Source of the DNA: Mobula hypostoma
Taxonomy: Eukaryota
Direction of reading: 5' to 3'
Assembly: GCF_963921235.1 (NCBI RefSeq)
Contig: NC_086097.1
Coordinates: 180,918,001-180,982,000, forward strand
DNA: 64,000 bases
Shown piece after piece: positions 50,232 to 61,400 of the stretch. The notes below the pieces were generated by a model. The model ran no database searches. It saw only the letters and a program-made list of their open reading frames with translations, and was not told the origin of the DNA. How positions within the stretch are numbered: position 1 is the stretch's first letter; each line of letters starts with the position of its first letter. Position numbers and translations under genes: made by a program.

Positions 50232-50649
50232 GTCCATAACATACCATAAGCTTTCTCTACATCAAAGAAAACTGCGACCACTTATTATTTATTAATTTCA
50301 CAAATATCAACTTCCCAATTTACATTTCCCCAAATTCCTAAAATGTAGCTAAGTTATGTAAATCTGCTTGTGAATTTACACAGGAGGATGGGGGGGGGGA
50401 AGAAGTATTTTATACTTTGAAATTAATCATGAATGACAACACGTAGCGATATTCTGATACAAAACTTGGGTGCTCCGGTTTCCAACCATCCAAAGGTTGG
50501 TAGGTTAATGGTCATTGTAAATTATCCCGTGATTAGGCTAGGGCTAAATCGGGGGATTGCTGGGCGGCGCGGCTCGAAAAGCCTATTCTGCGCTGTATCT
50601 CAATAAATAATAATAAAATATAAAGACCCAAGAAAATACTCCTACCCAC

Positions 50650-50869
50650 TGCGGATCACGTTGCACTCTGGGAGTTACAAGAGCCGGCGACTTGTCGTCA
50701 GCCAGCGCCATTCATGATCAGTGGCATTAACGTCACGCTCCGCGTGCTGAACTACAGTACCCAGGGTGCCGTGCTGTTGCCCGGGTAACGGAGTACTGTC
50801 GTGGGCTTTCCAACGGCCGTGGGCGGGTGCGTAAAAGCAGCGGAGCCTTTCGGTTAGCGAAGTCTCCCG
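50650..50869 (+). promoter_or_regulatory. Second CpG-rich promoter and probable non-coding first exon of the plus-strand gene
   Basis: CpG-rich, GC box gggcggg at 50821, consensus donor CCG|GTAAGT after 50869. Confidence 0.55.
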
Positions 50870-51259
50870 GTAAGTGGATAGGGAACCGGATTCAGGGTCC
50901 CGTCCCCTCATCCTGGGGGCCTTCAGCTCTCCCATTGAATCTCTGTTCCTGATCCCCGACCCATTCATTCCTTACTCCTAACCTCTCAGCTCGTCATCCC
51001 TAAGCCATTGACCCTTCACCCTGACTTCAACCATTTACCCCGTCTCTGATCCGTGAACCATTAACCTCTTGCGCTTAACCCGAACCCTTCAGCCCCGCCC
51101 TTGATCCCCAAGCCACTTGACCCCTTACTCACGTTCACTCACCACCTCATCCCTGACCCAGTTCCTTATCAAGGTGTTGCAGTTAAAACTTTCCACTCAG
51201 TGTCAGTAAGACCAAGGAATTGATTGTGGACCTCAGGAAGGTGAAGTCGAGGGAATACT

Positions 51260-52167
51260 TTCTTTCTTTTTAAATCTTTTTATTGAATAAGTATACAAAA
51301 AGGTAAGCCATATAAACATTAATACAATGTTAAAATATAATAAAATTCCAGAAGGTATCAATACCAAAAAAAAATACTACAAACAATGTAATTTAAACAT
51401 AAGAAACCAAGATAACATAATAGTATACTAAATTTTATATATATCAATAGAAAAAAAGAAAAAAAAACCCCAAAAAAACCCACTGTGCAACTAACTAAAA
51501 GCAAAGCAAAGCAATGGGCTAACTTGAAACCAAACAGAGTTAAACTTAAAATCACATCCTCAATCCCGACCTCCATTAAAAACAGTGAAAAAAAAACAAG
51601 AAGGGTATATATTACATTAAATGAAAATATCGAATAAAAGGTCCCCAAATCTGTTCAAATTTAAATGAAGAATCATAAAGGTTACTTCTAATTTTCTCCA
51701 GATTCAAACATAAAATCGTCTGAGAGAACCAAAAAAAGGTAGTTGGAGCATTAAGCTCTTTCCAATGTTGTAAAATACATCTTTTCGCCATTAAAGTAAG
51801 AAGTGCAATCATTCTACGGGCTGAAGGGGAAAGATTACTAGAAATTTTAGGTAGTCCAAAGATAGCAGTAATAGGGTGAGGAGAGATATCTATATTTAAT
51901 ACCTTAGAAATAATATTAAAAATATCTCTCCAAAAAGTTTCCAAAGTAGGGCAAGACCAAAACATATGAGTTAAAGAGGCTATCTGCCCCGAACATCTAT
52001 CACAAAAAGGATTAATATGCGAGTAAAAACGCGCTAACTTATCTTTGGACATATGTGCTCTATGAACCACTTTAAATTGAATTAGGGAATGTTTAGCACA
52101 AATAGAGGAAGTATTAACTAATTGTAAAATCTGCCCCCAATCATCCACAGAAATGGTAAGCCCCAAT
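51260..52167 (-). mobile_element. L1-clade LINE 3' fragment nested in a Rex1/Babar fragment
   Basis: ORF 51612-52166 (SLIQFKVVHR, CDRC...HMFWSC); 16-bp TSD aagtcgagggaatact at 51244-51259 and 52168-52183. Confidence 0.9.
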
Positions 52168-52934
52168 AAGTCGAGGGAATACTGTACACACTGGTCCTCA
52201 TCGAGGGATCAGAAGTGAGCAGTTTCAAGTTCCTGTGTGTCAACGTCTCTGAAGATCTACCCTGGGTCAAACATACTTACACAGTAGGCACGCCAGTGGC
52301 TATATTTCATTTGGAGTTTGAGGAGAGTAGGCACATCATCAAAGCTACAAATTTCTACAGATGTACCATGCAGAGCATTCTAACTGGTTGTATCACTGTG
52401 TGGTATGGAGAGGCCACTGCACAGGATCAAAAAAATGTTGAAGAAAGTTGTAAACTCAGCCAGCTCCATCACGGGCACCAGCCTCCCGAAGGCCTAAGGA
52501 CATGTCATAGTTGTGGTCTCTTTTAGGGTTTGTCAACTACTATAACAGGTTCCTGCCAAACCTGGCTATGGTGCTCCACCCCTTGAACTCTTCACTCTCC
52601 ATTGAGCATTGCAGAACTGTCTTCCTAACCATTGGATCTCATCCACCCAGTCCATCAGAGCTGGCTTTGCATGCTAGGGCAGGCATGTCTCTGTTTCATT
52701 GGGGTATGAGGCTGCTCTGTGTGCATGTATGATTAAGCATGTGTGTTATGCAGCAAGAGTATATTGCAATACATAATAAAAACAAAAAAACAGTTAAGTA
52801 TATAGATTTATAAAGTTAAATTAACTTGGTGCAAAAAGAGAAAAATTGCATATATGTAAGTACATTTTTATATGATTGTTTATGTGTGTGTGTGTATATA
52901 TATGTGTGTGTGTATACGCACACCACTGGAACCC

Positions 52935-53787
52935 AAATACACCCCTCTAAAGTCTGGAGAAGTCCTGTCAGAAGTGGTCTCAATTTAAGAGTTGCTGCCA
53001 AAAAGTCATTCCTCCAAAGTATAACAAAGTCAAGAGATTCACCTGTGCACAAAAACACACAAGGACTGGGGTGCCAAACAATAGCAACAAGTGCTCCGGA
53101 CTGACAAGTCAAAATCTGACATTTTCGGCTCAAGCTGTTTGTCCGTAGAAGAACACTAAAAGGATGAGTACCTGTAGCCAACAGTGAGGGAAAGCACACG
53201 TTCCCTGCAGTTTTGTGGCTACATTTCTGTAAATGGTGTTGGTGATATGATCAGAATTTATGGAATTCTCATTGCTGAGAAGTACAAGCAGATTCTCATT
53301 CAACACACAATAGCATCAGGGAGGTGTCTGATTTGGTACCAACTTCATGCTGCAGCAGGATAATGACCACAAACACAAGGCCACAGTCACAAAGAACTAT
53401 CTTCAGCAAAAAGAAAAACGAGCCCTGCAGCAGATGGTATGTCCTCGACAGAGTCCTGCTCTCAACATCAACAAGGCTGTCTGGAATTATCTGGAGAGAC
53501 TGAAGCGACAGACAAGGTCTGCAGAAGAACTGTTGCAAGTTCTCCAAAATGCTTGGAACAACCTACCAGCCAATTTTCTTATAAAACTGCACAACCGTGT
53601 ACCCAAGGGAATTGATGCAGTTCTAAAGGCAAAGGGTGGTTACGCAAATTATTGATTTGATTTAGTTTTTAACTATTTACAGCTCTTTAGAGTATTTTTT
53701 TAATATTTAGAACTTGTCATTATTTTTGAAAGCTTCTTCACTTTACATAATTGTTTTACAGGTGCCTAAGACTCCTGCACAGTACTG
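52935..53787 (+). mobile_element. Tc1 fragment, second family
   Basis: LQQDNDHKH...QSPALNINKAVW...AVLKAKGG; ends ...gcacagtactg. Confidence 0.8.
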
Positions 53788-56390
53788 TGTGTATGTATTG
53801 GTACTGTATACTGTATTACACTGTACTGCTGACACAAAACAAAAATGACTTTCATAACAAAGTGATGATAAACGTGATTGTAATATGGGTGTTTGTTGTC
53901 GACAGAGTGAGAAGGGGGCAGGGGAGGGGAAGGCGAATCATGGTTGGGAAAAGGGAAGGGAGAGGGAAGGGAGTAAGGAGCACCAGAGAAACATTCTGTA
54001 ATGATCAGTAAACCATTGTTTGGAATCAAGTGGCCTTGCCTGGTGTCTCAGGACCAGGTGTCTGCATCCACACTACTCTCCACTCCTGGCACTCCTTCTC
54101 CACCACCTGTCCTCTACCTCTCTTGGGGCACTTCACCAACATCCTTTGCACCTGTATATATAGACTTGGGTCCCATTCCCAAGGTATCTCATTATATAGA
54201 TGCAATATTCCAAAATCTGAAATCCAAAATGCTTCTGGCCCCAAGTATTTCAGATCAGGGGTGCTCGACCTGTATGTATGTACATATATATGTACCCCCT
54301 CATTCTGCCACCTTGTCTTCCTCCCATCTATACTCTTCTCAATCTTTTTCCCATGACATCAAGCTATTGATATTGATGGATTGTCATTAATCTGAAATCA
54401 ACAGTTGCTTTTCCCAGTCCTCACATTCTGCCTAACAATGTTATTGTGATGGACATAGGTAACACCCAAAGAATTAAGGGCATACTGTACATGAATTATG
54501 TACACTGTGACAACCAAAAGTAAGATGTCATAAAGAGTAATGAAGTAAATGACTCTGTGCATACATATATTGATGTTATACTTGTGAGACTAAGATAAGA
54601 TGGTCTGTCTATCCTATTTTGTTATTCAGTAGGATCACGGCTGATCATTGCCACAAGTCCTCTTTCCCATCTAACCCCACACCCTCTAAAAACAACATTC
54701 TGAAGCTGGATATCTGAAATAAACCTGTTTGGAGGTTGTTCACTTAAAATGGTTCACTTTACCTTATTTCCTCTAGATTCCTGAATGTACAAAAATCTGT
54801 CTGTCACAGCCTTGAATTGGTAAATTGGTTTATTATGTGCTGAGGTACAGTGGAAAACTTCTCGTGCATGCCGTTCATACAGACCAGTTCATTACAGAAT
54901 ACATTGAGATAGTTCAAGATAAAACGGTAGCAAAAGGTAAAATGTTATCATTACAGAGAAAATGTAGTGCAGTTAGACAATAAGGTGCTAGGTCATAACA
55001 AGTTAGATTGTGAGGTCAAGAGTCCATTTTAGCATACTAGGGAACTGTTCAATAGTTTTATAACAGTAGGGTAGAAGCTGTTCTTGAGCCTATTAGTGCA
55101 TGCTTTCAAGCTTTTGTATCTTTTGCCCAATGCGACAGGAAAAGACCTGGGTGGGTGGAGGAAGGGGTCTTAGATTATGCTGATTACTTCACTGAGACGG
55201 CAAGAAGTGTAGACAGAGTCCACAGAAGGGAGGTTAGTTTCTGTCACATGGTGAGCTGTGTCCACAACTCTGCAGTTTCTTGCAGTCATAGGCAGACCAG
55301 TTGTCTTACCAATTTGTGATACCATGAGGACCATGGAAATAAAAAAAATCAAAGATTTACAACTTTTACATTTAAAAAAATCTCAACTCACGATAACATG
55401 ATACCTCTTCTTTAGGTTATCCAATTAAAAGAGACAACCTCTCTATATCACCTGTCAATTCCTTTAACATGCTTTTTATCTCTGATATCACCTATAATTT
55501 TTTAAATTCCAGTGTGTATAGGTTATTCATTACCAGTCTCTCTTTGCAGGACAAACATTGCAGAAATCAGCTCAGTAAATCTGCATTACAACAGCTCCCA
55601 AAACAACACCTCTTGTTATGTACTGAGTGTTATAGTATGGAGATGCAGAAGTGAAAGCAGGGTCATAGAACAGAATAAGACCATAAGATTACCTTTCCAT
55701 CAAGGCTAATTTTATTATCCCTCTCAACCCCCATTCTCCTGCCTTCTTAAGATCTTGAAGGAGATGGACTGAGCAAATGCCATGCTATTGGAGGGACTAT
55801 TCTAAGTGAGATCTTCACAGTTGAAGTTTCCATCTTTTAGATATGATATAAACCTGATACTAAAGATCACAGGGTGCTGTACTGGTATTGATATTGGCTT
55901 ATTATTGTTACATGTACCAAGATACAGTGAAAGCTTGTCTTGCATACTGTCTGTACATATCAAATCATTACTGATGTGCATTGGGATTAAAACAAAGTGG
56001 AAAACAATAGCAATGCAGAATAAAGTGTAAAGCTACCAAAAAAAGTGCAGTGCAGGTAAACAATAAAGTGCAAGATCATAACAATTGTGAGGCCAGGAGT
56101 CCATTGTATTGTACAAGAGGACAGCTGAAGAGTTTGATAACAGTGGGGTAGAAGCTGTCCTTGAGCCTGCAGGTACATGCTTTCAGGTTTTTGTATCTTC
56201 TGCTTGATGGGACGGGGAGAAGAGGGAATGATTGGGTTGGGTGGAGTAGTATGCTGACTGCTTTACTGAGGTAGTGAGGTATAGACGAGTCCATAGAGGA
56301 GAGGTTGATTCCTGTGATTTGTTGAGCTGCGTCCACAACTCTCTGCAGTTTCTTGTGGTTGCATGCAGAGCAGTGGCCATACCAATCCTG

Positions 56391-57681
56391 ATCATCATCA
56401 TAGTTTATCACACTAGGCAGCCAGCCACTCTATTGTTGTTTGGTTGGTGTTGAGCAGGACAGTGTCAGCTAAATCAGGTGAGAGTGGGCAGTTGTGCAGA
56501 ACGTGTTCAATATTCATTGCTATGCATAGGTCATCTGCATAGAAATACCTGTGTGTATTAGGAAAGGTTGGTTGGTTATTTGTGTAAACATTAAATAGTA
56601 GAGGTGCCAGGACCGATCCCTGTGGTAGTCTGTTCTTTTGTGGATGCCACCTACTCTTAATTCCATTCATTTTTACGTAAAATCTGCGATTTTCTAGGAG
56701 GCTTCTTATTACTTTAACTGTGATTTCATTCTTTAACATTTTAGATAACTTCAGTAGAAGGCCTCTGTGATTCACAATGTCGTATGCTGCTGTTAATTCA
56801 ACAAATACTGCCCCTGTATTTTGTCGCATTTCAAAGCCATCCTCAATATACTGGGTTAAGTTCAATACCTGACCACAGCAGGAGTGGCCTGGCCTGAACC
56901 CGGCTTGATCTGGTGTTAGGAGACCTTCGACCAAGAGGGATATTCTTTTCAGTATGAGTCTCTCGTAGAGTTTATAGAGGGTGCAGAGCAAGGAAATAGG
57001 TCTATAATTTTTAGGAATGTTGGGGTCTTTATTGGGTTTTAGGAGAGCAACAACTTTGGCTCTTCTCCACTTCTTAGGTATTTTTAATGATCTTTCGCAA
57101 CAGTTAAAAAGCGACAGAAGCCAGTGGAGTGCTTTAGATCCAAGATGTTTAAGGAATTCAATAAGAATCCCATTTATGCCAGCAGCTTTCTTGGATTTTA
57201 GCTGTGATACTTCATCCTTTAATTCTTCTAGGGTGAGAGGTGGGAAGTTGTTAATCCCGTTAGAGAGAGCTGACTCCATCTCCTGATGTTGCTTTTTCTT
57301 TCGCCTCCGTTCCTTGTTAGGTCAGGAATGCTCACGCTGTGACCCTGTTAATCCGAAAGGAGACCAATCCTGCCAGACCAAGAGATCCAGTGGGTGGTAA
57401 AAGGATGAACCCTCGGCCCACTGGAAATCATGAAAATCATTAGCCACAACATCGAAGGCTTCAGCCAAAGTAAAGCAGAAATCCTGGCAAACTTAAAACC
57501 GGACATCTTGTGCATACAAGAAACTCATAGGCTGAACACCCAACCCTATGTGCCAGGAATGCACTTGGCTATTGACACCCCTAGCCAAATTTATGGAAGT
57601 GCAATCTTTGTTAAAGATAAATCTATAGTAATGAGCACAGCAAACATCCAAGCTGGCTCAATGGAACTTCTGAAGGTTGAA
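56391..57681. mobile_element. Ingi/Vingi-like non-LTR retrotransposon with an inverted 5' segment
   Basis: RT on minus (YRPISLL, QAGFR, LPQGSVLAPLLFNVY, YADD; ORF 56413-57279) with a (TGA)n tail; 5' UTR and APE start MKIISHNIEG...DILCIQETH on plus from 57430; TSD accaatcc(t/a)gat. The clade is assigned from motif memory only. Confidence 0.8.
57320..57372 (+). ncRNA. HDV/CPEB3-like ribozyme fold at the LINE 5' end (partly decayed)
   Basis: P1 GGTC/GACC, P2 AGGA/TCCT, P3 ATG/TGT, L3 CTCACGC, GT, P4 TCC-GAAA-GGA, J4/2 with CCAA, all in the order expected for the nested double pseudoknot. Confidence 0.65.
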
Positions 57682-57949
57682 ACCAATCCAGATGAAGAAA
57701 TAGGAGAACACAATATTTATTTTCCAACCAACTGTCACATCGTGTTGTATGTGGGATCTTGATTAGTTGTCATGTTTCCAAGTTACTACAATGATCACAC
57801 TTTGTAAAGTACTTAATTAGTTGTCATGTAAGTTACCAAACAATATACAATGCTTTGCTTCAAAAAGTTGAGCAACTTGCCAAAGTGAATTTCTGTTTTT
57901 CTTTCCTAGCATACTGGTATCCCACTAAAAAGCCAATGACTATTGAATC

Positions 57950-58145
57950 ATGCAACTTCCTTCAGTAAGACCAAGCGACAATGAAACAATTGCAAGTAGA
58001 GAGCATCCAATCACAGGCCACCAACCAATGTTCACTGGCAGGCAGTCTTACCCCATGCAACAGCCCTACTCCCTACAGCAGCCGTATCCAGGCCAGCAGC
58101 CAATGAGTCAGCCTCCAAACTGGGTATTTGCACAACCTGGCCTCT
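57950..58145 (+). CDS. Lifeguard/TMBIM-family gene, first coding exon (P/Q/Y-rich N-terminus; exon starts at 57910)
   Basis: Acceptor tttttctttcctag ends at 57909. MQLPSVRPSD...YPMQQPYSLQQPYPGQQPMSQPP...PGL T|gtaagt; 196 nt, phase 1, matching the next exon. Confidence 0.75.
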
Positions 58146-58903
58146 GTAAGTATTTGTTCTCAGCAAACAAAAAATAGAGAACTGCCGGTACTGGGAATCT
58201 GAGATTAAAAAAAGGAAAATACTCAACTGGGCAGACAACATCAGTGCAGAGAGCTAGAGAGTTCTGATGAAAGGTCACTGACTTGAAATGATAACCCTGT
58301 TTCTTACATCACAGATACTGTCTTAACCTGCTAATTATTTTCAACATTTTGTATTTTTATTATGCAATTGCAGAACTTGCCTATACTGTCGGAAAGTGAA
58401 CCACCAGTCCATTGCAAAACTGAGAATAACAGTTTAGTACGAAATGATCCCTGCAAATCGGCTGTATGTACATAGCAGGATGTGATCTGGAATGCATTTC
58501 CTGGAAAGATAATGAAGCAAAGGATCATTGGTAGATAATTGGAGAGAAAATTTTCAACAGCTTTTGAGAAAGACAAGCCTCTAATCACTTTCCATAGCAT
58601 TGCCAGGCCACAGACTCTATAAAGACTTTCCATATCTAGAAGTCACAAATCATGAGTGTGATTGAATACTTGTCTGGATGAGAGCATCTCCTATAGCACT
58701 AGATCAAAGCAATCGACTTAATTGCCATTCCATCTGCGACCCTAAGCATTTGCTCAGTCCACCACAGGCACACCCTGGCTTCAGGATTATTCCCCAAAAC
58801 CTCCTTGACAGCACCTTTCAAAAGTCTGACCTCTATCACCTTGAAGCTGAGAATAAATAGCACAGGTTCCCCCCAAGTTGCACAGTATCCTGACTTGGAA
58901 ATA

Positions 58904-60509
58904 CAGTGCCTATAAAAAGTATTCACCACCACCCCTACACCCCAGAAGTTTTCATGTTGTACTGTTCTACAACATTGAATTACAGTGGATTTAATTTGGC
59001 TTTTTTTGACACTGATTAACAGAAAAATACTCTTTTGTGTCAAAGGGAAAATAGATCTCTACAAAGTGATCTAAATTACAAATATAAAAATAAAATAATT
59101 GATTGCATAAGTATTCACCCCCTTTGTCAGTATTTAGTCAATGTATCTTAGGCAGAAATTACAGCCTTGAGTCTGTGTGGATCCATCTCAACCAGCTTTG
59201 CACAATTGGACACTGCAATTTTTCCCCAGTCTTCATTACCAAACTGTTCAAGCTCTGTCAGATTGCTTGGGGATCATGAGTGAACTGCCCTTTTCAAGTC
59301 CAGCCACAAATTCTCAATTCAGAGTTCTGGACTCTGACTTGGCCACAGCAGGACATTAACTTTGTTGTTTTTAAGCCATTTGTATGTAGCTTTGGCTTTA
59401 TGCTTGGGGTCATTGTCTTGCTGGAAAACAAATCTTGTCCCAAGTCACCACTCTCTTGCAGACTGCATCAGGTTTTCCTCCAGGATTTCCCTGTATTTTG
59501 CTGCATTTATTTTACCCTCTACCTTCATAAACCTTCCAGGGCCTGCAACAGTGAAGCACCCCCACAACATGATGCTGCCACCACCGTGCTTCATGTAGGG
59601 ATGATGTGTTTTTGCTGATGTGCAGTGTTTGGCTTATGCCAAACATAACGTTTAGTCTGATGGCCAAAAAGCTCAATTTTGGTTTCATCAGACCATAGAA
59701 TCTTCTTCCAGCTGACTTCAGAGTCTCCCACATGCCTTCTGGCAAACTCTACCCAAGATTTCATGTGAGTGTTTTTTCAACAGTGGCTTTCTGTTTGACA
59801 CTTTCCCATAAAGTTGTGACTGGTGAAGCACCCGGGCAACAGTTGTATCTCAGTCTCTCCCATCTCAGCCACTGATGCTTATAGCTCCTCCAGAGTTCTC
59901 TTGGTGGCCTCCATCACTAGTCCCCTTCTTGCACAATCACTCAGTTTTTGTAGACTGTCTGCTCTAGGCAGATTTACAGCTGTGCCATATCCTTTCCATT
60001 TCTTAATGACTGACTTAACTGTACTCCAAGGGATATTCAGTGACTTGGAAAATTTCTTGTATCCATCTCCTGACTTGTGCTTTTCAATAACCTTTTTGTG
60101 GGGTTTCTTGGAGTGTTCTTTTGTCTTCATAGTGTAGTTTTTGCCAGGATACTGACTCACCAGCAGTTGGATCTTCCAGAGACAGGTGTCGTTTTACTGC
60201 AATCAGTTGAAACACCTTGAATGTACACTAGTGATCTCCATTTAGCTAATTATGTTACTTCTAAAACTAATTGGCTAAACCACTGATGATTTGGTGCATC
60301 ATATTAAAAGGGATGAATACTTAAGCAATCAATTATTTTGTGTTTGTAATTAATTTACATCACTTTGTAGAGATTTGTTTTCACTTTGACATGTCTTTTT
60401 TCCATTGATCAGTGTTAAAAAAGCCAAATTACATCCACTGTGATTCAACATTGCAAAACAATAAAACATGAGAACTTCCAAGCATGTTGAATACTTTTCA
60501 TAGGCACCG
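58904..60509 (-). mobile_element. Tc1 DNA transposon, full length but decayed, in a Lifeguard intron
   Basis: TA-CAGTGCCTATAAAAAGTATTCA...TGAATACTTTTCATAGGCACCG-TA; long TIRs; MKTKEHSK...GDGYKKFSKSLNIPWSTVKSVIKKWK. Confidence 0.92.
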
Positions 60510-60907
60510 TATATCCCTTTTCATATTCATTCATCATCTAAATCTTGGGACTGCATATTATACAGCTCTTACTGCAGCTACTCTGAAGGCAGCTCATCAC
60601 CACCTTCTCAAAGGCTGTTAGGGATAGAGACTATGTGTGCATAAATTTGGTTACTAGCTATAGACGAGCATCATTGGTTCTTCATTGTCGCTGGAATGGA
60701 TAGCACTGTGGGAGAATCTTCACTAGAAGCAGTACAGTTTACCATCACCTTCTCAAAGATGTTAGGGATAAGCAGGACAGACTAGTATCTCAATTCCAGA
60801 AAATAAATAACTAAACAAAAATAAAATAACAACCAAAGCACCAAAAATAAATTACAAGCTGGGGTCTAACCAAATACTCAAGAATTTCCTTTTGCTTTGC
60901 TATCCAG

Positions 60908-61041
60908 ATCCTGGAAGCAGTTCTGGATATGTGTCAGCCACACTCTCTCCATACTCTCAGCCCAGCAACAGCGAGAGCATAGAGACATCTGCTGCAGAGG
61001 CCTGGAACAACCAGATCGTGAGGCACAGGTTTGTACGGAAG
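60908..61041 (+). CDS. Lifeguard/TMBIM-family gene, coding exon 2
   Basis: ttttgctttgctatccag|AT CCT GGA...AWNNQIVRHRFVRK|gtgagt, matching the family motif W(D/N)xxxVRxxF(V/I)RK; 134 nt, phase 1 to 0. Confidence 0.88.
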
Positions 61042-61335
61042 GTGAGTTTGTACTTGGGAGACTGCCAGTCTCTGGGTCATAAAGAGTAGACCTTGAAATT
61101 CTCTCTGTCAGTCTGTCTCTCTTACTCACATCTTTCTGCCACACAAACATATGCACATATGCTATCACCCTCCCTCAGTTTTTATCTGATTTTCCAATTC
61201 CCTGCCTGTCTCTCATTCACTCTCTCAGTCACCAGATCTTGCCTGCCTCCACTGAGGGAAGGAATTGTGGCAGAATATTTATTGTCACAGTATTTATGCC
61301 TAGCTGATTTCCTTGGATTCTTGTCTTCCCAACAG

Positions 61336-61400
61336 GTTTATACCATCTTGATGGTACAGTTACTGACGACTTTTGGAATTGTGGCGTTCTTTATGTTCTG
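61336..61400 (+). CDS. Lifeguard/TMBIM-family gene, coding exon 3 (first transmembrane helix); continues beyond the window
   Basis: cttcccaacag|VYTILMVQLLTTFGIVAFFMF TG|gtaagt; 65 nt. Resembles the FAIM2/TMBIM1/GRINA segment KVYxILxxQL. Confidence 0.9.

Larger units (their letters stand above)
48000..50290 (-). mobile_element. Decayed I/Nimb-group LINE (RT, RNase H, C-terminal knuckle)
   Basis: GLLLKLEKMGIGGRMFSW, IYVALIKSVFDY...QALRLCCGA, YIYTDGAK...SVFTSEMVAIILALE (RNase H), CRECTCQEMVQHILFKC. Confidence 0.8.

Noticed and set aside
50980..51160. C-rich stretch with a few taaccc/gaaccc-like units
   Set aside because: Too degenerate and irregular to call an interstitial telomeric array.
52490..52600. 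Gypsy RT-like peptide FLGFVNYYNRFLPNLA
   Set aside because: An isolated fragment of about 100 bp with no LTRs; ordinary debris.
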